Shown here piece after piece: positions 1 to 8,660 of a stretch of 64,000 nucleotides of DNA. The DNA comes from Cyclobacteriaceae bacterium (lineage in GTDB: Bacteria; Bacteroidota; Bacteroidia; Cytophagales; Cyclobacteriaceae), in NCBI GenBank assembly GCA_016787665.1, contig JAEUUC010000009.1, positions 131,744-195,743 of the forward strand, given 5' to 3'. The position numbers were made by a program, and so were the translations under genes. Each line of letters starts with the position of its first letter. Position 1 is the first letter of the stretch. Under the pieces are notes generated by a model. It had not been told where the DNA came from. It saw nothing but the letters and a program-made list of their open reading frames with translations, and ran no database searches.

Positions 1-793
1 TACGTGCATGGAAGTCCTGAAGAATACCTACCGTTCGCAAGGCATTGCCGTGAGCATCCCGCTCTACGGCCTGACCTTTCTCCAAAATCCAACGCCAGGA
101 TTTGTCTTTTAACTGAAACCGGTAGACGACCTCGTAGGCATCGGTTTGCCCCTGTAAGTGCTCTTGTATTTTCTTTTCATAAGTCGGTCGGTCGTCTGGG
201 TGTATGAAGTCTTCGCAGTGGCAAAACATCTGCTCCAACTCCGTTCGCTCATAGCCCATGAGTTGGGCCCAGCGTTCGTTAACAATGGTGGTATTGGTCC
301 GAAAATCATAATCCCAAAGACCAAGATCAGCGCTTCGCAGGCCCAGTTCAAGTCGCTGTTCAATTTCCAACCGCGCGCGTTCCAACGACTTTCGATGTGA
401 GATGTCAGTAATGACTCCGTTCCAAATGCAATTCCCCTCATCGTCATGGCGGGGCACAGCCACCGCCTCAACCCATACCGTTCGGTTTTTTCCTAAAATC
501 CGGCCCTCCCATCGAAATGGCGTTTTCAATGTCATCACCTCATTCAAAAATAACTCAAAGGATGCCCGGTCTTCCGGGTGAATAAAGCTCACCATGGGAT
601 GCACACCACTCAGTAGCTCAGCTTGTGTATAACCCAAAACCTCCTCGCACTTGGGGTTGATGTAACTGAAATCGCGATTGCCATTAGGTTGCAGGGTGTA
701 CTCAAAAACAACCACCGGCAAACGATCCAAAATTCGCTGCGCTTCTTCCTTATGTGTCACCCGTGCTGCTTTTGTTTCACTACCTACGCTCAT
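1..793 (-). CDS. PAS-domain sensor protein, N-terminal part (3' end of the gene lies beyond position 1)
   Basis: Absent from the ORF track because it is open at the window edge. My minus-strand translation from the ATG (complement of 791-793) gives MSVGSETKAARVTHKEEAQRILDRLPVVVFEYTLQPNGNRDFSYINPKCEEVLGYTQAELLSGVHPMVSFIHPEDR...WEGRILGKNRTVWVEAVAVPRHDDEGNCIWNGVITDIS. A second PAS-like unit follows (LGLWDYDFRTNTTIVNERWAQLMGYERTELE...FIHPDDR...YRFQLKDKSWRWILEKGQAVERD). There is no stop before position 1. Confidence 0.7.
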   Translation of the reverse strand, partial: MSVGSETKAARVTHKEEAQRILDRLPVVVFEYTLQPNGNRDFSYINPKCEEVLGYTQAELLSGVHPMVSFIHPEDRASFELFLNEVMTLKTPFRWEGRILGKNRTVWVEAVAVPRHDDEGNCIWNGVITDISHRKSLERARLEIEQRLELGLRSADLGLWDYDFRTNTTIVNERWAQLMGYERTELEQMFCHCEDFIHPDDRPTYEKKIQEHLQGQTDAYEVVYRFQLKDKSWRWILEKGQAVERDAHGNALRTVGILQDFHAR

Positions 794-892
794 GTAAACT
801 CAACTATGAATTCGAGTTAACGCAAACATAAATCAGGCGAGCTATTCCTTTGGGCTCGTGTAATAAAATCAATAAAACTGGCAAAAAGCGGC

Positions 893-1609
893 TTAAAAAG
901 GCGTTCGATAGTGAGGCACTGAGGTCAAATCCCAGTCAATCACAAGCCCCGAGCCAACATTACGAGCAACGTCTCGGCCATAGAGGGCCTCCACCAGGTA
1001 CAAAGCCGCCTCATACGAACGGGCACCTCCGGCCGAAGTAATCGCTGATCGGTCGTGGACGAAGCTCACCTGTTCCCGAACCTCGGCCAGCTGGGGGAAA
1101 GCTTCGCGAAACCGGACGATGTCAGCCGGGAAGGTGGTGCAAACATGCGCATCCAGCAAACCCGCCTTGGCCAATACAAATGCTCCATCACAAAGAGACA
1201 TCACGTAAAGGGCCTGGCGGCCATGTGTGCGCACGAATTCAATCAATGCCGGATTGGTCAGATCGGTATCCATGCTATGCTGGGCGCTCGGCACTACCAA
1301 AAGGTCAATTATGGGGAGTGAATCCGCTGCCATGGCAAAGTCCGGCAGCAGCCGCAGCCCCTCAAACGTGGTAACTGTATCGCGCGTAGGTGCCACGGTA
1401 AACACCTTGATCCCATGAGGGGTATGAAAGACCGTGTGTTGGAAAACATCCATTGGCGCCACCAGTTCGGTATTATAGGTGCCATCGACAATCACAAATG
1501 CTGCGTTCAGCTGGCGATCGGGCAAAACAGGAACCTCGGCTATGGCGGGTTGATCTGAACGTGAGCAACTCATCGCCAGCAACAACAGAATCAGGACCCC
1601 TGGTTTCAT
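893..1609 (-). CDS. DJ-1/PfpI family protein (class I glutamine amidotransferase-like), predicted lipoprotein
   Basis: 238-aa ORF. Signal peptide with lipobox MKPGVLILLLLAMSCS. Nucleophile-elbow motif YVMSLCDGAFVLAKAGLLD is typical of DJ-1/PfpI. Confidence 0.75.
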   Translation of the reverse strand: MKPGVLILLLLAMSCSRSDQPAIAEVPVLPDRQLNAAFVIVDGTYNTELVAPMDVFQHTVFHTPHGIKVFTVAPTRDTVTTFEGLRLLPDFAMAADSLPIIDLLVVPSAQHSMDTDLTNPALIEFVRTHGRQALYVMSLCDGAFVLAKAGLLDAHVCTTFPADIVRFREAFPQLAEVREQVSFVHDRSAITSAGGARSYEAALYLVEALYGRDVARNVGSGLVIDWDLTSVPHYRTPF

Positions 1610-1632
1610 TTCCGTTTAGCGTTTATCGCAAC

Positions 1633-1657
1633 AAAAAAGCAGTGATTGCTCACTGCT
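1633..1657 (-). terminator. Intrinsic terminator after atpG
   Basis: Perfect 8-bp stem agcagtga (1638-1645) / tcactgct (1650-1657) with a 4-nt loop. On the minus strand it is followed by a U-run (plus-strand aaaaaa 1633-1638). It lies 25 nt downstream of the atpG stop. Confidence 0.6.
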
Positions 1658-1681
1658 TCTTCTATGTTTCTATTTCGTTCT

Positions 1682-2560
1682 CTACGCAGACTTCAGCGCC
1701 TCTGCACCAGCCACGATCTCCAAAATCTCTTTGGTGATGGCCGCCTGGCGGGTACGATTGTAGGTCAACCGCAAATCCTTCAGCAGTTCGCCTGCATTGT
1801 CAGTTGCCTTATCCATGGCCGTCATCCGGGCTCCGTTCTCGGCTGCGTTCGAATCAAGGGCCGCCTTGAACAGCTGAACCTTCAGCGACTTGGGAATGAT
1901 ACCGGTGATAATCTCCTCCCGGGTAGGCTGGTAGATATAGTCAACTTCCTGTGTCTTCTTCTCCTGCTTGGGTGGCAACACCGGCAGGTACTGCTCCGTG
2001 CGCAATATCTGGGTGGCTACATTCTTGAACTCGTTGTAAACGATCTCCACTTTATCATACTCACCCTGCTGGAACGACTTCATCACGTACTCGGCTACCT
2101 CGGCAGCCTTTTCGAAACTCAGGCTGTGGATGAGACCCCAATACTGATCAACCACCTGGTAGTTGCGCTTGCTCAGGTATTCATACACTTTTTTGCCAAG
2201 CGGAAGAAAAGCAACGTTGCCCGCTTTAAACTGTTTCTCGTATTTCTCCATCGCCAGGCGAACACTGGCCTTAATCACCGTGCCATTAAACGATCCGCAA
2301 AGACCACGATCGGAGCTGATGCATATGATCAGGATTTTCTTTTCCTCACGAACTTGTCCGTACCAGTTGTCTCCGTCAGCACCAGCTGCGGATAAATTCT
2401 GAAGTACTGAGTTTAACTTCTGAGCAAACGGGCGCATTTGCATAATGCGGTCCTGGGACTTTCGCAACTTGGCAGCGGCCACCATCTTCATGGCTTTGGT
2501 GATCTGCTGCGTGGAGACCACCGAAGAAATCCTGCTCTTTACTTCCTTTAAACTCGGCAT
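1682..2560 (-). CDS. atpG: F0F1 ATP synthase subunit gamma
   Basis: 292 aa. Conserved gamma termini MPSLKEVKSRISSVVSTQQITKAMKMVAAAKLRK and ...RQAAITKEILEIVAGAEAL. Sits directly downstream of atpA. Confidence 0.95.
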   Translation of the reverse strand: MPSLKEVKSRISSVVSTQQITKAMKMVAAAKLRKSQDRIMQMRPFAQKLNSVLQNLSAAGADGDNWYGQVREEKKILIICISSDRGLCGSFNGTVIKASVRLAMEKYEKQFKAGNVAFLPLGKKVYEYLSKRNYQVVDQYWGLIHSLSFEKAAEVAEYVMKSFQQGEYDKVEIVYNEFKNVATQILRTEQYLPVLPPKQEKKTQEVDYIYQPTREEIITGIIPKSLKVQLFKAALDSNAAENGARMTAMDKATDNAGELLKDLRLTYNRTRQAAITKEILEIVAGAEALKSA

Positions 2561-2590
2561 ACGGGTAACCTGTCTGAAATCGTCTAGTCG

Positions 2591-4165
2591 TTAATACTTA
2601 CCAGCCATCTCGAGCGCCACACGCTTGATCACGTCTACGTCATTATCCTCGAATTTACCAGCTCTGAAATTGTCCAGAACGGCTTTGTGCTGGAGGCGTA
2701 ACAAAGAGATGAAATCCTTCTCAAACTCCTTTACTTTGGCAACCGGCACTTTGTCGATGTATCCTTTCGTAGACGCCAGAATAATGGCTACCTGTTCTTC
2801 CACCGGCACCGGTGCATATTGAGGTTGCTTCAATACTTCCGTATTCCTGCGGCCGCGCTCAATCGTAAGCTTGGTCGCAGCATCCAGATCAGAACCGAAC
2901 TTGGCAAAGGCTTCGAGTTCCCGGAATTGCGCCTGGTCAAGTTTCAGCGTACCGGCCACTTTCTTCATCGATTTGATCTGAGCGGAGCCCCCCACACGCG
3001 ATACCGAAATACCTACGTTGATGGCCGGACGGATACCTGAGTTGAACAGGTTCGTCTCCAGGAATATCTGACCATCCGTAATCGAGATCACGTTGGTCGG
3101 GATATAAGCCGACACATCGTTGGCCTGCGTTTCAATGATCGGCAAAGCCGTCAGCGATCCGCCACCTTTCACCAAATGCTTGATGGAAGGGGGCAAGTCG
3201 TTCATGGTACGGGCAATATCATCGTTGTTAATCACCTTGGCTGCGCGCTCAAGCAGGCGTGAGTGCAAGTAGAATACATCACCGGGATACGCCTCGCGTC
3301 CGGGAGGTCTGCGCAACAGCAGTGATACTTCGCGGTAGGCCACCGCCTGTTTCGACAGGTCATCGTAGATAACCAAGGCAGGACGGCCGGTGTCGCGGAA
3401 AAATTCGCCAATGGCTGCACCGGTAAAAGGCGCAAAGAACTGCATCGGGGCCGGATCAGATGCGGATGCAGAAACAATCACCGTATAGGACAACGCACCG
3501 GCTTTCTCCAGGGTGGCCGCTACCTGAGCAACGGTTGACGCCTTTTGGCCAATGGCTACATAAATGCAGTATACGGGTTGACCCTTGTCGTAAAATTCCT
3601 TTTGATTGATGATCGTATCCAAGGCCACAGCCGTCTTACCGGTCTGGCGGTCCCCGATGATCAATTCGCGTTGGCCGCGGCCGATCGGGATCATGGCATC
3701 AATGGCCTTGATACCCGTTTGCAGCGGCTCGTTTACCGGCTGACGGAAAATAACTCCGGGCGCTTTGCGCTCCAGCGGCATTTCGTACAGTTCGCCTGTC
3801 AGCGGACCTTTTCCATCGATAGGCTGCGCCAATGTGTTTACCACACGACCCAATACGCCCTCGCCTACTTGAACCGAACCAATTTGCCCGGTACGCTTCA
3901 CGGTAGCTCCTTCCTTGATGCCTTTGGGGTCACCCAAAAGCACGGCTCCCACGTTATCTTCTTCCAGGTTGAGTACGAGTGCACGCAATCCATTTTCAAA
4001 CTGGATCAACTCTCCAGCCTGGGCCTTGGTAAGGCCGTAGATGCGCGCCACCCCATCACCGATGGTTAGCACGGTGCCAATTTCTTCCAGTTGGGCGGTG
4101 GTACGCGCCTGCGACAACTGTTCGCGCAGGATTGCGGATACTTCTTCGGGTCTGATCTCTGCCAT
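2591..4165 (-). CDS. atpA: F0F1 ATP synthase subunit alpha
   Basis: 524 aa. Walker A motif GDRQTGKT and the alpha-specific stretches [23 protein letters not shown] and [26 protein letters not shown]. Confidence 0.97.
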   Translation of the reverse strand: MAEIRPEEVSAILREQLSQARTTAQLEEIGTVLTIGDGVARIYGLTKAQAGELIQFENGLRALVLNLEEDNVGAVLLGDPKGIKEGATVKRTGQIGSVQVGEGVLGRVVNTLAQPIDGKGPLTGELYEMPLERKAPGVIFRQPVNEPLQTGIKAIDAMIPIGRGQRELIIGDRQTGKTAVALDTIINQKEFYDKGQPVYCIYVAIGQKASTVAQVAATLEKAGALSYTVIVSASASDPAPMQFFAPFTGAAIGEFFRDTGRPALVIYDDLSKQAVAYREVSLLLRRPPGREAYPGDVFYLHSRLLERAAKVINNDDIARTMNDLPPSIKHLVKGGGSLTALPIIETQANDVSAYIPTNVISITDGQIFLETNLFNSGIRPAINVGISVSRVGGSAQIKSMKKVAGTLKLDQAQFRELEAFAKFGSDLDAATKLTIERGRRNTEVLKQPQYAPVPVEEQVAIILASTKGYIDKVPVAKVKEFEKDFISLLRLQHKAVLDNFRAGKFEDNDVDVIKRVALEMAGKY

Positions 4166-4194
4166 AATTCGTTACTTCAAAAATTGAATTTCGT

Positions 4195-4755
4195 TCAAAA
4201 CTGTTTTACGTAGGGGTTCTCGTTGAACTTCACCTTGAGTGTCTTGAGCTTGCTCTTGATGGACGCATCAATCTGCTGATCGCCCACGTTGAGAATAAAA
4301 CCACCGATCAACTCAGGGTCTACCTTTTCGTGTAGTTCTACTGTCTTTTTCTGGCTCAACTCGCGGGCCATCCGGTCAATCTCGGCACGGAGTGTAGCAT
4401 CCATGGCCAGGGTTGTAATCACCTCGGCCTTACCAATACCTTTATACTCGTTATAGGCCTCGTGAAACTCGCGCGCGATGGAAGGCAACAACGGCTCACG
4501 GTTTTTTTGCGTAAGTATGTTGATGATGGCAAAGGTGAGTTCATGCACCTTTCCGGTAAATATCTGGTGCAGCACCTTTCGCTTGATCTCATGACGAACG
4601 ATCGGGCTGCGCAGCATTAACAGCAACTCACGACTTTTGGTCACGGTGGTAGTGAACAACTGCATGTCGGCATGCACTTGCTCCAACGCTCCCCTTTCAA
4701 CAGCCAGACCGAGGAGTGACTTGACGTATCGTGCGGCAACGCGTGAGTCGTTCAT
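4195..4755 (-). CDS. atpH: F0F1 ATP synthase subunit delta (OSCP)
   Basis: 186 aa. Sits between the b and alpha subunit genes. Has an OSCP-like N-terminus (ARYVKSLLGLA) and C-terminus (LIGGFILNVGDQQIDASIKSKL). Confidence 0.9.
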   Translation of the reverse strand: MNDSRVAARYVKSLLGLAVERGALEQVHADMQLFTTTVTKSRELLLMLRSPIVRHEIKRKVLHQIFTGKVHELTFAIINILTQKNREPLLPSIAREFHEAYNEYKGIGKAEVITTLAMDATLRAEIDRMARELSQKKTVELHEKVDPELIGGFILNVGDQQIDASIKSKLKTLKVKFNENPYVKQF

Positions 4756-4758
4756 ATC

Positions 4759-5253
4759 TTAGTTCAGCTTCAGATCTTTGATGATGGAGTTAACTAACTC
4801 GCGCTGGGCACTATCCGAGGCTAGGTTCTTCTTCATCAGTCGCTCGGCTACTTCCAGCGAGAAATTGGCCACCTGAAGCTTCACTTCCTTCAGGGCCGCC
4901 ATCTTTTCGGTCTGAATAACAGCTTTGGCGTCCTCAATGATTTTGTCCGCGTTTTTACGGGCATCGTTCTGGGCCTGGTCGTGCAGGCGAGAGGCCGCCT
5001 CGCGGGCTTCGCGCAATATCTTATCGCGCTCCTCACGCGCCTCTTTCAGCAGCTTTTCGTTATCCGACTTGAGCGAAGCCATCTCCGCTTTTGCCTTTTC
5101 TGCCGAGTCCAACGCTTGCTGGATGGAGGCCTCCCGCTCTTTCAACGAGCCAAGGATTGGCTTCCACGCCAGCCGTCCAAGCAGGATTACCAGCAACAGA
5201 AAAACAAATGCCTGCCAAATGATGAGGCCGGTTCCAGGGGTTAGTAGTTCCAT
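4759..5253 (-). CDS. atpF: F0F1 ATP synthase subunit b
   Basis: 164 aa. One N-terminal TM helix (LIIWQAFVFLLLVILLG) followed by a long charged helix. Sits between the c and delta genes. Confidence 0.9.
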   Translation of the reverse strand: MELLTPGTGLIIWQAFVFLLLVILLGRLAWKPILGSLKEREASIQQALDSAEKAKAEMASLKSDNEKLLKEAREERDKILREAREAASRLHDQAQNDARKNADKIIEDAKAVIQTEKMAALKEVKLQVANFSLEVAERLMKKNLASDSAQRELVNSIIKDLKLN

Positions 5254-5277
5254 AGTGTTTCGGGTTTTATGCAGTTA

Positions 5278-5324
5278 GCCAAAAAACGGAGTGCCCCGGC
5301 CCAGTGCCGGAGCGCTCTCCGTTT
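5278..5324 (-). terminator. Intercistronic hairpin with U-run between atpE and atpF (possible attenuator)
   Basis: Outer stem aaacggag (5284-5291) / ctccgttt (5317-5324) and inner stem ccggc (5296-5300) / gccgg (5306-5310). On the minus strand the hairpin is followed by uuuuuug (plus-strand 5278-5283). It lies just after the atpE stop. Confidence 0.45.
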
Positions 5325-5330
5325 CTTTTC

Positions 5331-5588
<258 letters not shown>

Positions 5589-5633
5589 TTAAGTGAAACA
5601 AAACGCCCTGTGGTGCTACCCGCAGGGATATCT

Positions 5634-6683
5634 TTAATGGTGGTCGTGTTCCTCTACGGCCATGCCGATATACAATGACGTAAACAGCGTAAACACATAG
5701 GCCTGAATTCCGGCCACCAATAATTCAATCAAATTGATAAACAATACAATCACACTCGACATCAACCCCACCGTAATACTTTGAAAAATGAAGGCCAGTG
5801 AAATCAACGCCAGTAGCACAATGTGCCCGGCTGTGATCGCCACGAACAAACGAATGGTGAGTGAAATCGGCTTCGTGAATATCCCGATGATTTCCACCGG
5901 CAGGATCACCAACCGCAGCGGCAACGGCACACCCGGAGTCCAGAAAATGTGGCCCCAGTAGCTTTTGTTTCCGCTGACGTTCGTAATGATGAACGTGAAG
6001 AAAGCGAGCGTGGCGGTAACTGCAATATTACCCGTGAGGTTACCGGCACCCGGCAACAAACCCAACAGGTTACCAAACAAGATGAAGAAAAAGAGGGTGA
6101 GCAAATAAGGCAGGTAGCGCTCATAGCGATGGCCAATATTCGGTTTCACCACTTCATCGCGCACAAAAACCACGATCGGTTCAATAAATGACTGAACTCC
6201 GCTGGGCGCCCGGCCGGCATTGCGCTTGTACCCACGCGCGGCCGCCACCAGCACCACGAGCAGAAGGGTGGAGTTAATCAACAGCATGGCCACGTTCTTG
6301 GTAATGGAAACATCCAGAACCGGCTGGCCATTCAGTGTAATATGATTATGCTCTAACCGGTAACCGTTGTACTCCACGGTTTGGTGATGATCATCATAAA
6401 AGCGTGATGATGAAAACATCTCCAGGCCACGGGCTTCGGAATAGACAATGACCGGCAGGTACAACGTACCGTAGTGGCCATCAAAGAAATGCCAAACATG
6501 GTCGTCCAGGACGTGATGAATGATCACATCGTTGGCATTGAACGCGCCCTCAGCGTGAGCTTCGGTATGGACAGTATCAGCCTGAGTGGCTTCCTGGGCA
6601 AAAACCCCTGAAAAAGTCATCAAAAAGCAACCTAAAATAAGGGCCAGAAATGTTGTTTTTGAAGGCAAAAAGGGCTTTTTCAT
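5634..6683 (-). CDS. atpB: F0F1 ATP synthase subunit a, with an N-terminal signal peptide and His-rich extension
   Basis: 349 aa. C-terminal half carries the essential-Arg helix (SLTIRLFVAITAGHIVL) and QAYVFTLFTSLYIG. The N-terminal ~130 aa is an extra secreted, His-rich region. Confidence 0.9.
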   Translation of the reverse strand: MKKPFLPSKTTFLALILGCFLMTFSGVFAQEATQADTVHTEAHAEGAFNANDVIIHHVLDDHVWHFFDGHYGTLYLPVIVYSEARGLEMFSSSRFYDDHHQTVEYNGYRLEHNHITLNGQPVLDVSITKNVAMLLINSTLLLVVLVAAARGYKRNAGRAPSGVQSFIEPIVVFVRDEVVKPNIGHRYERYLPYLLTLFFFILFGNLLGLLPGAGNLTGNIAVTATLAFFTFIITNVSGNKSYWGHIFWTPGVPLPLRLVILPVEIIGIFTKPISLTIRLFVAITAGHIVLLALISLAFIFQSITVGLMSSVIVLFINLIELLVAGIQAYVFTLFTSLYIGMAVEEHDHH

Positions 6684-6787
6684 CCGGAAACGAGAGGGTC
6701 TGCAAAAATCGACTGCAAAAGTATTGATTAATCGGTCAAAAGGAAACGTTTGACCAAGTTTTTAGGCCTTGCCGCAGCACCCGGTTC

Positions 6788-7072
6788 TTAGCGGGGCGTG
6801 GCCCGCAACAGCCACCACAACTCAAGGCCGGTAAACGAGAGGTAGGCCAACAAAAACACCACCGCATTGGCCATGGCCTCGGTCGGGTTGTCTAAGACAA
6901 TCACCACCAGATAGGTCAGGCTCAGCAGCATTTTAACGGCAATGGACCCCAGGTAGGCCAGGGGAAAAAGATCGGGCTGCCGGCTGCGCAGGCGAACCAT
7001 CATGAACACCAGGGCGCCCGTGAGCGCCAGCAAGAATAGAATGGAGAACCAACCGTATCCGGGAAACGTCAT
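6788..7072 (-). CDS. Small three-TM membrane protein in the AtpI position of the atp operon
   Basis: 94 aa and very hydrophobic. Its start overlaps the upstream AtpZ-like stop by 4 nt. No family recognised. Confidence 0.5.
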   Translation of the reverse strand: MTFPGYGWFSILFLLALTGALVFMMVRLRSRQPDLFPLAYLGSIAVKMLLSLTYLVVIVLDNPTEAMANAVVFLLAYLSFTGLELWWLLRATPR

Positions 7073-7299
7073 GAATTCTTATTGACCGAGCGGTAGAGTG
7101 AATACATCTGGCCGCCAAACATCAGCAAAACAAAAGTGAGGAGGAAAACCGGAAACGTGAATCCGGCTTTTTGGTCGAGCCAATGCCCCAACCAGGCAGC
7201 CAAGCCAATGGCCACTACCAGTTGCAGCCCTAACGCACTGTACTTAATGGCTTGATTAAATGGCGCGGGCTTCTTCGGTTCGGTAGGCCCGGTTCCCAT
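7069..7299 (-). CDS. AtpZ/AtpI-family small membrane protein (putative F0F1-ATPase accessory subunit)
   Basis: The C-terminal part of the 110-aa ORF (FNQAIKYSALGLQLVVAIGLAAWLGHWLDQKAGFTFPVFLLTFVLLMFGGQMYSLYRSV) looks like AtpZ. I chose the internal ATG at 7299 (MGTGPTEPKKPAP...). That start still overlaps the bactofilin 3' end by 44 nt. The ORF-track start at 7401 would overlap by 146 nt. Confidence 0.6.
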   Translation of the reverse strand: MGTGPTEPKKPAPFNQAIKYSALGLQLVVAIGLAAWLGHWLDQKAGFTFPVFLLTFVLLMFGGQMYSLYRSVNKNS

Positions 7300-7684
7300 T
7301 CTCGCCCAGTTTAATGTCCTTGATCGCAGCGCCCATCTTGCAGCTTCCGTTAAAGACGGCTCCTGGCTCCACAACCAGTTTGCCGGTGAGAATATCCCCA
7401 TGAATGATGGCTGTTGCTTTTAACACCAGCATCTCGGCCACTTCCACTCGGCCGCGAACTTCACCTTCGATGTCGGCATTCTGCGCGGCAATGTTTCCTT
7501 CTACGTGACTGGTATTGCCCAACGCAATCTTCGACTTGGAACGTACATTGCCAATTATTTTCCCTTCAATTCGGATGTTGCCGTGAGTCTCAATATTGCC
7601 TTCCAGCACGGTTCCTTTTCCGATAACGTTGCTGGAACTGCTGATTTCTTCGGCTGCTCTCTTTTGTTCTTTTGTAGTGATCAT
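7256..7684 (-). CDS. Bactofilin-family polymer-forming cytoskeletal protein
   Basis: 142 aa. Repetitive beta-helix pattern: VLEGNIETHGNIRIEGKIIGNVRSKSKIALGNTSHVEGNIAAQNADIEGEVRGRVEVAEMLVLKATAIIHGDILTGKLVVEPGAVFNGSC. Confidence 0.85.
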   Translation of the reverse strand: MITTKEQKRAAEEISSSSNVIGKGTVLEGNIETHGNIRIEGKIIGNVRSKSKIALGNTSHVEGNIAAQNADIEGEVRGRVEVAEMLVLKATAIIHGDILTGKLVVEPGAVFNGSCKMGAAIKDIKLGENGNRAYRTEEARAI

Positions 7685-7695
7685 AGGGTCTTACA

Positions 7696-8571
7696 TTAAA
7701 ATGTTACGAACTCCTCGGGGTTTAAGGAGTTTCCGTTATACCAAAGTTCAAAATGCAGGTGCGGCCCATCGGTGAGCTCGCCACTGTTGCCAACAATGGC
7801 AATGATTTCTCCGGCATTGACAAAGCTACCAACTTTTTTCAATAGCTGGGCATTGTGCTTGTATACCGATATCAGGTTTCCCCGATGTTGAATGGCGATG
7901 ACATAGCCAGAGTCCTGCGTCCACGAGGCCATAACAACGGTGCCTTCGGCAATGCACTTCACCGATTCGTTGGTCTTCGCCACGATGTCAATTCCATAGT
8001 GGCCCTTTTGCACATCGTAACGATCCGAAACGAAGCCGGTGATCGGGGAAAAGAAAAATGTCTCTTGCAACTCGCTGTACTTATTGCTGGTAAGCGCAAT
8101 GCGCCCTTGTTCGGACTGCTCGAATTCTGCCCGAAACTGCGAGTCGGATGGATTGAGTTTAAGGTTGCCGATGGCCGAAACGGGGCGCGTGGTGACGTTT
8201 AGTTCTTGCACCGGGTCGCGAAATGAGCCACTTGTGTCGCCACTCAAAATCCGCTGAAAGTTACCAATGAACTTGTCCTTGCGGTCGACCTCCAACGCGA
8301 GGGAATCAACTTTAAGTGCAAGCAAATACAATTTCTTATTGGCCTCCATTTGCGCATGGCGCGGATCGAACCAGCGGGCGAGCAAAGTCTGCGAGAGAAA
8401 AAGGCTGCCGACAAACGTAGCCAGAAAAACGATCACGACAATGACAAGCACCTTGGCATAGGTGAAGCCGATGGCACGGGTCTCGGCCAATGAATCTTCA
8501 TGGCGAATCACCAGTTGGTGCCGCTCCGTCAGGCGCTCGGAAAGTGTCTTTTTCGGCTTCAAAAAGGGCAA
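7696..8571 (-). CDS. M23 (LytM) family metallopeptidase with an N-terminal TM helix and coiled-coil
   Basis: 291 aa. TM helix VLVIVVIVFLATFVGSLFL. Catalytic motifs HYGID (HxxxD) and PHLHFE (HxH). The ORF-track start at 8571 is TTG and there is no upstream in-frame ATG. Confidence 0.85.
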   Translation of the reverse strand: MPFLKPKKTLSERLTERHQLVIRHEDSLAETRAIGFTYAKVLVIVVIVFLATFVGSLFLSQTLLARWFDPRHAQMEANKKLYLLALKVDSLALEVDRKDKFIGNFQRILSGDTSGSFRDPVQELNVTTRPVSAIGNLKLNPSDSQFRAEFEQSEQGRIALTSNKYSELQETFFFSPITGFVSDRYDVQKGHYGIDIVAKTNESVKCIAEGTVVMASWTQDSGYVIAIQHRGNLISVYKHNAQLLKKVGSFVNAGEIIAIVGNSGELTDGPHLHFELWYNGNSLNPEEFVTF

Positions 8572-8660
8572 ATTTTGGCAAAGGTACGGATTTGGCTGAT
8601 TTTTGGCCGGGCGTTAGTATTGCCCTTCCCTTTTTTTACGTTTGTAAGTCGTATTATTCT

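Noticed and set aside
1646-2395. 249-aa plus-strand ORF
   Set aside because: It is entirely antisense to atpG, whose identity is unambiguous. The sequence is Leu/Arg-rich and typical of an antisense frame.
3545-4069. 174-aa plus-strand ORF
   Set aside because: Antisense to atpA, with no recognisable motifs.
8490-8660. N-terminal extension of the TPR ORF, and likewise 11032-11205 for PBP1A, 14265-14354 for DUF2490 and 46274-46348 for hemW
   Set aside because: Each extension overlaps the neighbouring gene. Each is followed by an internal start that yields a proper signal peptide or the family's canonical N-terminus.
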